Of a DNA stretch of 64,000 nt, positions 23,631 to 35,032 are shown in pieces. A program made the position numbers and the translations under genes. Each line of letters starts with the position of its first letter. Positions within the stretch are counted from its first letter, which is position 1. The DNA comes from Macrostomum lignano (lineage: Eukaryota): the NCBI GenBank assembly GCA_002269645.1, contig NIVC01000070.1, forward strand, positions 1,093,494 through 1,157,493, in the 5' to 3' direction. The notes beneath the pieces are model-generated. The model made no database searches. It was not told the origin of the DNA and worked only from the letters and a program-made list of their open reading frames with translations.

Positions 23631-25253
23631 ATGCCACTAAGCCCAGCAACCGCGGCAGGTATTGGGCAAGATGCGAGCTCCGAGTCCGACCTGAACCATC
23701 TGTTCCTGCTGCCAATAGGGATCGCCCAGCTCGTGGGAGCTTTTCTGCGGCTGCTGATCGGCTTGCTCATCAGCTTCCCGACTGAGTCGGTGAGAGCTGC
23801 TGTGTGTAGTCTCATTGTAAATTGCATTTGTGACAGTCAGAGATGTCCTCCCCTAACAGTCAGAGATGTCCTCCCCTAACAGTCAGAGATGTCCTCCTGA
23901 CAATCAGAGATGTCCTCCCCTGACAATCAGAGATGTCCTCCCCTAACAGTCAGAGATGTCCTTCCCTGACAATCAGAGATGTCCTCCCCTGACAGTCAGA
24001 GATGTCCTTCCCTGACAATCAGAGATGTCCTCCTGACAGTCAGAGATGTCCTCCCCTAACAGTCAGAGATGTCCTCCCCTGACAGTCAGAGATGTCCTCC
24101 CCTGACAGTCAGAGATGTCCTCCCCTGACAGTCAGAGATGTCCTCCCCTGACAGTCAGAGATGTCCTCCCCTGACAGTCAGAGATGTCCTTCCCTGACAA
24201 TCAGAGATGTCCTCCTGACAATCAGAGATGTCCTCCCCTGACAATCAGAGATGTCCTCCCCTAACAGTCAGAGATGTCCTCCCCTGACAGTCAGAGATGT
24301 TCTTCCCTGACAATCAGAGATGTCCTTCCCTGACAGTCAGAGATGTCCTCCCCTGACAGTCAGAGATGTCCTCCCCTGACATGCAGTCAGAGATGTCCTC
24401 CCCTGACAGTCAGAGATGTCCTCCCCTGACATGCAGTCAGAGATGTCCTCCCCTGACAGTCAGAGATGTCCTCCCCTGACATGCAGTCAGAGATGTCCTC
24501 CCCTGACAGTCAGAGATGTCCTCCCCTGACATGCAGTCAGAGATGTCCTCCCCTGACAGTCAGAGATGTCCTCCCCTGACATGCAGTCAGAGATGTCCTC
24601 CCCTGACAGTCAGAGGTTTCCTGACCTGTAGAAATTCCCTGACAATCTTGAATATCCCGACAAAGCCAAATTAAAATTATAGGCAGTCCAATTCTCTCCC
24701 AACCTGCCTCGCAAAAACCATCCAGGCCGGCCTCCGCCTCCTGACCGTGACGGCCAGCTTTCTGCTGTACTCCTTGACCGGCCTGGCCATCCTGCTGACC
24801 CACCTGACCGCCCAGCTGGCCCGGCTGAAGCCCAGAGCCACCGGCTGCCTGGTGCTCTGCTCCGTGTCAGCCGTGTTCACCGTGTTCGAGATGCACCACC
24901 ACCTCATCCGGGCCGTAGCCGAGGCCGAGGCCGCCGTCATCGTCAACAGCAACGTGACTTCGTCATCAGCCGCCGGCAACGGACACCGTCAGATCCGACA
25001 GCAGCACCGGCTGGTCATGGTGGCGCTGCTGCTGGTCCAATGCGTCATCGTGACCTTCGCCTCCTACCTGTGCATCAAGCTGATGTGGACAACGACAACG
25101 GCGACAACTGCTGACGGCGGTGGAGAAAGAGAACCAGCTGGGCCGTCGTCAGGCGCCTCCGCTGATGCTCCCGCCGCAGCTGCCGTACTGGCGACGTCTG
25201 TTGACGAGAGCTCGGCTGCCGGTGTCAGCGAGAGCATCGAGTTGAAGACCTAG
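23631..25253 (+). CDS. Unidentified four-transmembrane protein (~228 aa; exons 23631-23789 and 24726-25253)
   Basis: Phase-0 donor TCG|GTGAG at 23789/23790 and acceptor CCAG|GCC at 24725/24726 join two GC-rich ORFs in frame; four hydrophobic segments (LFLLPIGIAQLVGAFLRLLIGLLISF; LLTVTASFLLYSLTGLAILL; GCLVLCSVSAVFTVF; LVMVALLLVQCVIVTFASYLCI). Family not recognised. Confidence 0.7.
23832..24614. repeat. Intronic 23-bp minisatellite (CAGTCAGAGATGTCCTCCCCTGA) x ~33
   Basis: Visible tandem units with 21- and 27-bp variants. Confidence 0.96.
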
Positions 25254-25739
25254 CTGTGACTGCGGAGTGATTTATAATAGGGATGTTTTGTTTGCCAAGC
25301 TCAAGAGCTGTCTCTGAAATGAAGTGCATGCTCACGTCTTTTTGGTGGGGGGGGGGCCTCGGTCTCCTCACATGTACATGTACAGTAGGTGGGGGCGCCA
25401 ACCTCCTTTACATGCACATGTGTAAATGTATGCGGCCCATGTTGATGCTATCTCAAAAGAGTCCACGACCACCTGCGTAGGCCACTGGGGGACACAGGCT
25501 TGAAGGCGGGGTTGCATGGTTAATCAAGATTCCCAGCGAACGTGGGCTACGAGTACGTCCATAGTGTCAAATTGACATCGCTGTTTTAAACACCATTATT
25601 AGTACTAAAGTGTTTTCAAAACTATTCTACTCAATTAAATTAAAACCAAGTGCAATAGGTACTCGTAATTGCTTCTTATAAACTATCAGTTAAATTTTTA
25701 AGCTTTTGACGTCTCTAATGCAATATTTACGGGAGTTTT

Positions 25740-27697
25740 GTGATAACTGATGCAATAATCAGGTGATAACTGATGCAATAATCAGGTGATAACTGAATGC
25801 AATAATCAGGTGATAACTGAATGCAATAATCAGGTGATAACTGAATGCAATAATCAGGTGATAACTGATGCAATAATCAGGTGATAACTGAATGCAATAA
25901 TCAGGTGATAACTGATGCAATAATCAGGTGATAACTGAATGCAATAATCAGGTGATAAGTGAATGCAATAATCAGGTGATAACTGAATGCAATAATCAGG
26001 TGATAACTGAATGCAATAATCAGGTGATAACTGATGCAATAATCAGGTGATAGCTGATGCAATAATCAGGTGATAAGTGAATGCAATAATCAGGTGATAA
26101 CTGATGCAAAATTAATCAGGTGATAACTGATGCAATAATCAGGTGATAACTGAATGCAATAATCAGGTGATAACTGATGCAAAATTAATCAGGTGATAAC
26201 TGATGCAATAATCAGGTGATAACTGAATGCAATAATCAGGTGATAACTGATGCAATAATAATCAGGTGATAACTGAATGCAATAATCAGGTGATAACTGA
26301 ATGCAATAATCAGGTGATAACTGATGCAAAATTAATCAGGTGATAACTGATGCAATAATCAGGTGATAACTGAATGCAATAATCAGGTGATAACTGATGC
26401 AATAATAATCAGGTGATAACTGAATGCAATAATCAGGTGATAACTGATGCAATAATCAGGTGATAACTGAATGCAATAATCAGGTGATAACTGATGCAAT
26501 AATCAGGTGATAACTGATGCAATAATAATCAGGTGATAACTGAATGCAATAATCAGGTGATAAGTGAATGCAATAATCAGGTGATAACTGATGCAATAAT
26601 AATCAGGTGATAACTGAATGCAATAATCAGGTGATAACTGATGCAATAATCAGGTGATAACTGAATGCAATAATCAGGTGATAACTGAATGCAATAATCA
26701 GGTGATAACTGAATGCAATAATCAGGTGATAACTGATGCAATAATAATCAGGTGATAACTGAATGCAATAATCAGGTGATAACTGAATGCAATAATCAGG
26801 TGATAACTGATGCAATAATCAGGTGATAACTGAATGCAATAATCAGGTGATAACTGATGCAATAATCAGGTCATAACTGATGCAATAATAATCAGGTGAT
26901 AACTGAATGCAATAATCAGGTGATAACTGAATGCAATAATCAGGTGATAACTGATGCAAAATTAATCAGGTGATAACTGATGCAATAATCAGGTGATAAC
27001 TGATGCAATAATCAGGTGATAACTGAATGCAATAATCAGGTGATAACTGATGCAATAATAATCAGGTGATAACTGAATGCAATAATCAGGTGATAACTGA
27101 TGCAATAATCAGGTGATAACTGAATGCAATAATCAGGTGATAACTGATGCAATAATCAGGTGATAACTGATGCAATAATAATCAGGTGATAACTGAATGC
27201 AATAATCAGGTGATAAGTGAATGCAATAATCAGGTGATAACTGAATGCAATAATCAGGTGATAACTGAATGCAATAATCAGGTGATAACTGAATGCAATA
27301 ATCAGGTGATAACTGAATGCAATAATCAGGTGATAACTGAATGCAATAATCAGGTGATAACTGATGCAATAATAATCAGGTGATAACTGAATGCAATAAT
27401 CAGGTGATAACTGATGCAATAATCAGGTGATAACTGAATGCAATAATCAGGTGATAACTGATGCAATAATCAGGTGATAACTGATGCAATAATCAGGTGA
27501 TAACTGAATGCAATAATCAGGTGATAAGTGAATGCAATAATCAGGTGATAACTGAATGCAATAATCAGGTGATAACTGAATGCAATAATCAGGTGATAAC
27601 TGAATGCAATAATCAGGTGATAACTGAATGCAATAATCAGGTCATAACTGATGCAATAATAATCAGGTGATAACCGATGCAATAATCAGGTGATAAC
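25740..27697. repeat. 23-26-bp satellite (GATAACTGA[A]TGCAATAATCAGGT) x ~80
   Basis: About 2 kb of visible tandem units with +A and +AAT length variants. Confidence 0.98.
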
Positions 27698-27946
27698 AAT
27701 CACCGGTGGCATTTTAGTAAGTCATCAGTGATAAATAAGAGATTCAGGAGAATTCATCAGGAGATAAACTTAGAAGTCAAGGAAACAATGAAATACAACA
27801 ATAGATTATGAAAAATGCAACAATGCTTACTTTATATTTGTTATAAAAATATTTTATAGGCAAATACAGTACGGACTGCTTGCAATCAGCTGCAAAATAA
27901 ATCAATACGCCAAGAACAGTGAGATCAACCAGTTTGGCAACTTCAG

Positions 27947-30086
27947 TCATCCAACACATTCGCTAGTTGCCTCGTCAACCTGAGGCGTCAGCTCGCTGTC
28001 ATCGTCAGTCAGGTGAGTGTCAGCCGAGCAGGCTGTCAGACAGAGACCGTCCGGCAGCACCGCCTGACTGGCTGACAGGTCCACCAGGTATGCCAGGATG
28101 TCGTCTTGAAGCAGCTGGCGCCGGTTGCGGAGGCTGTCGGCTAAGCGGATGAGGCGCGGCTCGGCGCTGGAGACCAGCAGATCCACCGTGCGGGCCTGCG
28201 GGATGGGGATTCGGATGCTGCGGTTGATGATGATGGATGGGAACGCTGGGATTGATGATGATGATGGTGGGGTTGATGATGATGGGGATGCTGGGATTGA
28301 TGATGATGGTGGGGATGCTGGGATTGATGATAATGGGGACGCTGGGATTGATGATGATGATCGGGATGCTGGGATTGATGATGATGCGGACGCTGGGATT
28401 GATGATGATGAAGATGCTGGGATTGATGATGATGGGGACGCTAGGATTGATGATGAGGATTTCTGATTTGGTGAAGGGATTGATGGACACGCATGAAGAA
28501 GCATCTTGACTTTTCTACAGCTAAACAACAGTTAAGAAAGCTAAGCTAAAGAAATAAATAAAACTAAATCTAAATTCCTAATGGAGCATTCGAGCTCGAA
28601 TCCACCTGAAAATCGGCGACCCGCTGACGAGCAGAGAAGCTTCTGCCGCCCTCGGGCGGATCAAACAGCGCCGACGGTGGCAGGCGACGAAGGCAGTTGG
28701 CGATAGCGGTTTCTATGGCAAGAGCAGTTCGCCTGGCCTCCCCTTTGCGCCAGGTGTCCGCCAGGAACTTGTGGGCTCTGCCTGACGCCAGGAACAGCCA
28801 CAGGAAGCTCTGGCGGAATCTCTGCTCTCGCGATTTGCCGGAGCTGCAGCGGGAGCACGAATGGAAGCAAGTGAAGAGTTTTTCAGCAGCAACCCCACCT
28901 GAGACCAGCAACCCCACCTGAGACCAGCAACCCTACCTGAGACCAGCAACCCCACCTGAGATCAGCAACCCTATCTGAGACCAGCAACCCCACCTGAGAC
29001 CAGCAACCCTACCTGAGAGACCAGCAACCCTACCTGAGAGACCAGCAACCCTACCTGAGAGACTAGCAACCCTACCTGAGAGACCAGCAACCCTACCTGA
29101 GAGACTAGCAACCCTACCTGAGAGACTAGCAACCCTACCTGAGAGACCAGCAACCCTACCTGAGAGACCAGCAACCCTACCTGAGACCAGCAAGCCCACC
29201 TGAGATCAGCAACCCTACCTGAGACCAGCAACCCCACCTGAGACCAGCAACCCCACCTGAGACCAGCAACCCCACCTGAGACCAGCAACCCTACTTGAGA
29301 GACCAGCAACTCTACTTGAGGCCAGCAACCCTACTTGAGAGACCAGCAACCCTACTTGAGAGGCCAGCAACCCTACTTGAGAGGCCAGCAACCCTACCTG
29401 AGAGGCCAGCAACCCTACCTGAGAGGCCAGCAACCCTACTTGAGAGGCCAGCAACCCTACCTGAGAGGCCAGCAACCCTAAATGAGAGACCAGCAACCCC
29501 ACCTGACAGGCAACCCTACCTGAGAGACCAGCAACCCCACCTAAAAGAGACTGGCAACCCTACCTGAGAGACCAGCAACCCCACCTGAGAGACCCGCAAC
29601 TCACTTAGATCTGGGCAAATCAGTGTCAGGAGGATACAGCCGATTCAAGCGGGTCATCAGTTCGGGAAAATTATCTGCACTGGAGTCCAACAGCAGCATC
29701 AGGTGACACCTGGCTAACAGGTGACGCAAATCTGTCAGCGAATCGCTGGGACAAGAGTCGCCAAACAATTTGACATCGCTATCGATTAACTCTACGCCTA
29801 GAAGACAGGCCTTCGGACTGAGCCTGGCCGGCAGACACAGGAACCAGGTGAGGTTGCGCAGACGTGTCATGACAGACTGGTGCCACTGCTGCTGCATCTG
29901 CCTGTACAGCCTCGCAGCTGCCGTTCTGTACCTGGCCCTGATGCAGTACAGCAGCAGATCTGCATGCACCAATTGGCACAGACTGCTGCCAGCACCCACA
30001 GGGGGCTCGCCAGCTACACTGTCTGCATTGGCATAGTCGCAGTCTTCTTCTTCTTCTCTTAAAAGCAATTTGACGTCTGATTGCTT
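27947..30086 (-). CDS. Unidentified multi-exon protein, 5' end unresolved (exons ~30086-29605, 28843-28606, 28195-27947)
   Basis: Three GC-rich ORF segments joined by GT-AG introns with matching phases (AA|GTGAGT phase 2 to GCAG|C; CAG|GT phase 0 to GCAG|GCC). No in-frame ATG near the 5' end, so an upstream exon is missing. Confidence 0.6.
28218..28460. repeat. Intronic compound repeat GGGAYGCTGGGATT(GAT)n
   Basis: Tandem units running up to the acceptor of the last exon of the minus-strand gene. Confidence 0.9.
28889..29600. repeat. Intronic 19/21-bp minisatellite (GAGACCAGCAACCCYACCT[GA]) x ~35
   Basis: Fills intron 28844..29604 of the minus-strand gene. Confidence 0.96.
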
Positions 30087-30607
30087 CGCCAGAAAAAAGT
30101 CAATCACGTGATTCGATCAGCTGATTTATCCAAAATAAAAAGATAATTTTTGGCCAATCAAATATCAACACCGACGTTAGCAAGACAAGCCTACAGAGTT
30201 TGAATTCAATTAATCAACAGACTATGTGACTGCAATTTATTAGTAATGGTCAAATCAAAATAAACCAAAAATTTTAATTCCTAAATATTGCTAGCCACAA
30301 AAGGAACAACAATATCAAATATAAAAGTGCTTTCAATGCAAGTCTAAATAGCTGACTGACTGTTACAACTGAAAATAAATTGAATCTAATCACCAGGCTT
30401 TGCAAAACTTTGCTTTGAGTAGAAAAATGCAAGAGTAAAATAATCAACAGCAACGTTTTTGCGATTTATATTAGCAAATTTGATGGTTGAGACTTGAACA
30501 AAGCTGAAAAAATGGAACGATTTCAAAGGTCAAAATATATCAGCTGGTTTAGCAGCGAGGTCAAAACATCTGGTGCTTGTGCTTCTGGACTTCGGAATCG
30601 GGATCAA

Positions 30608-31750
30608 GAGCTTGGAAAGATCGGGATCAACAGTATTTGAGATCGGGATCAATAGTATTTAAGATCGGGATCAATAGGATTTGAGATCGGGATCAACAGT
30701 ATTTGAGATCGGGATCAACAGTATTTAAGATCGGGATCAATAGGATTTGAGATCGGGATCAACAGTATTGGAGATCGGGATCAACAGTATTTGAGATCGA
30801 GATCAACAGTATTTGAGATCGGGATCAATAGGATTTGAGATCGGGATCAACAGTATTTGAGATCGAGATCAACAGTATTTGAGATCGGGATCAATAGTAT
30901 TTAAGATCGGGATCAACAGTATTTGAGATCGAGATCAACAGTATTTAAGATCGGGATCAACAGTATTTGAGATCGAGATCAACAGTATTTGAGATCGGGA
31001 TCAACAGTATTGGAGATCGAGATCAACAGTATTTAAGATCGGGATCAACAGTATTTGAGATCGAGATCAACAGTATTTGAGATCGAGATCAACAGTATTT
31101 GAGATCGAGATCAACAGTATTTGAGATCGGGATCAACAGTATTGGAGATCGGGATCAACAGTATTTGAGATCGAGATCAACAGTTTTTGAGATCGGGATC
31201 AACAGTATTTGAGATCGGGATCAACAGTATTTGAGATCGGGATCAACAGTATTTGAGGTTGGGATCAACAGTATTTGAGATCGGGATCAACAGTATTTGA
31301 GATCGGGATCAACAGTATTTGAGATCGGGATCAATAGTATTTGAGATCGGGATCAACAGTATTTGAGATCGAGATCAACAGTTTTTGAGATCGGGATCAA
31401 CAGTATTTGAGATCGGGATCAACAGTATTTGAGGTTGGGATCAACAGTATTTGAGATCGGGATCAACAGTATTTGAGATCGGGATCAACAGTATTTGAGA
31501 TCGGGATCAATAGTATTTGGGATCGGGATCAACAGTATTTGAGATCGGGATCAACAGTATTGGAGATCGGGATCAACAGTATTGGAGATCGGGATCAACA
31601 GTATTGGAGATCGGGATCAACAGTATTGGAGATCGGGATCAACAGTATTTGAGATCGGGATCAACAGTATTTGAGATCGGGATCAATAGGATTTGAGATC
31701 GGGATCAACAGTATTTGAGGTTGGGATCAACAGCATTTGAGATTGTGATC
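30608..31750. repeat. 22-bp minisatellite (GAGATCGGGATCAACAGTATTT) x ~50
   Basis: Visible tandem units. Confidence 0.97.
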
Positions 31751-31794
31751 GAGAATCAAGAGTCTCCTGTGCAGGGAAGAAACTCAAATTCGAC

Positions 31795-32403
31795 TCAAAT
31801 CCAAGGATTCTTGAACAAAGACGCCAGCGAAGCCCTCAGCCGCATGCAGACAGCCGTTTTGACTCGCTGATGCTCGTCAATCACAGCGGCGGTCACTCCT
31901 TGGCCGCGCCGCCGATGCTGGCCATCATTGAAGCCAGCTTCATCACCGCGACGTTTGTAACCATGGTGACGCGTCAGGTCGGTCTCCATGCAGGCTGGGC
32001 AGTTGCGAGCTCTAACGCCCCTAGCAACAAGCATTCGAGACCGGCTTTTCTGCCTTGGTTTCTTTCTACTATTGCCATTGGAATTTCTAGCCAACACTTT
32101 CCGTGACTTGCTACTGCTAGTAGCAGGTGAGACATTAGCACGAGAGCAGTCGCTGAGCCACTTCATAACCTGGCTATACTTGGCCTCACTCAGGTACATT
32201 TGAGGTGGCCTGCGCAGCACTGCTTCATTGGCAGCAGCAGCTTGAGCGGCAGCCACCAACTTCATCTGGTTTGTATGCTCAACAAGGCTAGGATGCCTCG
32301 GCCGAAGCAGGTAATTATAGCCACATTGCTTGGCGGCAGCCCGGCGACTGCGCAACATTTTTATCAGCTTTGGGTTGATAAATTTGGAAACATCGTCAGC
32401 CAT
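31795..32403 (-). CDS. Unidentified basic protein (202 aa) or 5' exon of the 28-30 kb gene
   Basis: ATG-initiated, non-repetitive, GC-rich 609-nt ORF in AT-rich flanks; no recognisable domain; no clear donor found to link it to the downstream exons. Confidence 0.5.
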   Translation of the reverse strand: MADDVSKFINPKLIKMLRSRRAAAKQCGYNYLLRPRHPSLVEHTNQMKLVAAAQAAAANEAVLRRPPQMYLSEAKYSQVMKWLSDCSRANVSPATSSSKSRKVLARNSNGNSRKKPRQKSRSRMLVARGVRARNCPACMETDLTRHHGYKRRGDEAGFNDGQHRRRGQGVTAAVIDEHQRVKTAVCMRLRASLASLFKNPWI

Positions 32404-32579
32404 TTTAAAAAAAACCGATTTTGTGTCTTGAGAAAGTCTGAAAATTTATTAAGTAGCTTAGGCAGTGCGCAGTGTCCTAATAAAAACTTGAAAATTGTAA
32501 TTGTAATTAAATAGTTACTGATAGTTACTGAAAATTTTTCTTATATTTATAAAGAACTTATAAAGAGTTCAAGAGTTTG

Positions 32580-32915
32580 TAAAGAAGCTAAGAGAAAAGA
32601 AGCTAAAAGTAAAGAAGCTAAGAGTAAAGAAGCTAAGAGTAAAGATGCTAAGAGTAAAGAAGCTAAGAGTAAAGAAGCTAAGAGTAAAGATGCTAAGAGT
32701 AAATAAGCTAAGAGTAAAGATGCTAAGAGTAAAGAAGCTAAGAGTAAATATGCTAAGAGTAAAGAAGCTAAGAGTAAAGAAGCTAAGAGTAAAGAAGTTA
32801 AGAGTAAAGATGCTAAGAGTAAAGAAGCTAAGAGTAAAGAAGCTAAGAGTGGAAAGAAGCTAAGAGTAAAGATGCTAAGAGTAAAGATGCTAAGAGTAAA
32901 GAAGCTAAGAGTAAA
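32580..32915. repeat. 15-bp minisatellite (AGAGTAAAGAAGCTA)
   Basis: About 22 visible units. Confidence 0.95.
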
Positions 32916-34394
32916 GTGGAAGCTGAGAGTAGAAAAAAGGTTGAGAGAAAGAGTTATGCTATAGCTACAGATATGGCTATAGGAAGTTATAGATATGGAG
33001 GGTTTTAGGCAAAGCATACAATATACTTATAGATACCTTTGTGACTTAGTTGCTCCATTTGCAACTTAAATAGTACTTTTTGCGACTAAGTAGATTTGCT
33101 CCTTTTGCGACTTACCTAATCCTTTTTGCAACTTAATTAGCTTCTGTTGCAACTTGTTTTTCTTTTGCTTTACCATGTTTACTTTCCTGTACCACTCTTC
33201 TCTCTTTCTTTTCCTCTTGCCTTTCTTTCTTTTTTGGTTCTTGACTTTTTTCGTTTTTGGTTGACTTAATTTTGTGACTTACCCTGGTCCACCACAATTT
33301 ATAGTGGCCAGATTGGCCAGCAGTTGTGCATGTATGATTGGCTATTTGGCCCAAGGTAATGTAGCCAGTCTCTAGTAAAGAAAGGACAGTGACAAACAAA
33401 GTGCTAAGTAGCTTTGTTGTTGTATTTGCAAAAAACAAAGTTTGCTTTAGAGATTGCCTTGGAGAAAGCAGTGCTTGGCAAGGTAGCAGCCTATAAGGCT
33501 GTTTGGCTATTGGAGTGAATGACAATAATCTCCCCTCTATATTTTTGGCATTTAGCTCTGCAGTGCAGGAACTAATGGCAAGGATTAGACTTAGGGATTA
33601 AGAACTCTATGAACTTGTCTTATTAGGCTAGGGTCTAAGAACTCTATGAACTCTTTTCTCTAAGAAAGACCTTTAAGAGAATTTAAGATAGAGGAGAAAG
33701 TAGCAAGAAGAATTAAGAGAAAAAAGGAGAGGAGATATAATAGAAAAAAGATAATATAACAGATAAGATAAGAGAGAAAAGAGCAGAAGAGAGAGAGGAT
33801 AGAGAAAGAAGACAAGATAATATAAATAGGGCCTAAGTTGAAAAAAGAGAAAAAGAAAATAAGGAATATAGATTACTAAGGTACTTTGATATATATATTC
33901 TTTTTAGGCTTATATACATATATAGGCTTACATATACATATGTAGATATGTAGGCTTATGTAGATATAATATTATGTAGATTATGTATTATGTAGATACA
34001 TATGTAGGCTTATGTAGGCTTATATATATATGTATATTGTATATAAGCCTACATGATCAATGACCTTTTTTCATGACCTATGTAAAAAAATTAAAAAATC
34101 AAACAATAAACATAATAGATATGCATATATCCTATATCCCAAATCTTGCTATTGAAGAAGAGGAAAGATGTAAGAAAAGAGAGGAAAAACAAGAGGACAA
34201 AAGTTTAAAATCTTTGAATCTTAAGACAAATTTAGAGCCTATTCAAATTTTCGTAATAGGCCCTACGCCTAGATCTATTTCTATCATAATTATAAGGCCT
34301 AGCTTAGACCTTTACCTTTAACCTTTATTCTAACTTCTATCATACTATTATAAGTTTTGAATATGACTTATTCTTTTGGATCAATTAAATTAAT

Positions 34395-35032
34395 CAGTGT
34401 TAAGCACCAGTCCATTAATAAGCGTTAATCCATTAATAAGCGTTAAGATTTTTCATTAATGTTAATGGACTGTTGTTAAGATTTTTTTGAACTAACGGAT
34501 TAACGAATTTGCATTAAAAATTTTGTGAATTAACGATAAATTCATCGTTTACGGTAATGTCTATGTCAATGACCAAAGATGCAAAGAAGGAATGAAAAAT
34601 AGAAGTCTTACAAGAAGTTTAAACATTACGAACGTATTTGAGCTTACCTATATGCCTAAATATAATCTATTGCCCAAAGTTTAAATATCTCGAATAAATA
34701 TATATATTGGCGTGGCCATTGGGGGGCAGGATTGCCGGCTAAATAGTCACGAGCTTATTTGACCGGCAGTAGGGCAGGACTGCCGGCTAAATAGTGACGA
34801 GCTTATTTGACCGGCAGTGGGGCAGGACTGCCGGCTAAATAGTGACGCGATTATTTGACCGGCAGTGGGGCAGGACTGCCGGCTAAATAGTAGCGAACTT
34901 ATTTGGCCGGTGCTGGCTAAATAAGCACTGCCTAATCCGTTAGTTCAAAAAAATCTTAACGGCAGTCCGTTAACGTTAATGAAAAATCTTAACGTTTAAT
35001 AGCGCTTATTAACAGACCGGTGCCCAACACTG
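34395..35032. mobile_element. Non-autonomous hAT-like element with ~100-bp inverted ends and an internal hairpin array
   Basis: Starts CAGTGTTAAGCACC, ends GGTGCCCAACACTG; arms 34395..34502 and 34933..35032; degenerate 8-bp TSD AAATTAAT / ATATCAAT (6 of 8 match). Confidence 0.72.

Noticed and set aside
32580-32915. (KEAKS)n neurofilament/H1-like reading of the 15-bp array
   Set aside because: In-frame TAA near 32704 and no start or splice context.
34733-34912. CRISPR-like appearance of palindromic repeats (also considered for the other arrays)
   Set aside because: No unique spacers, no cas genes, and a eukaryotic spliced-gene context.
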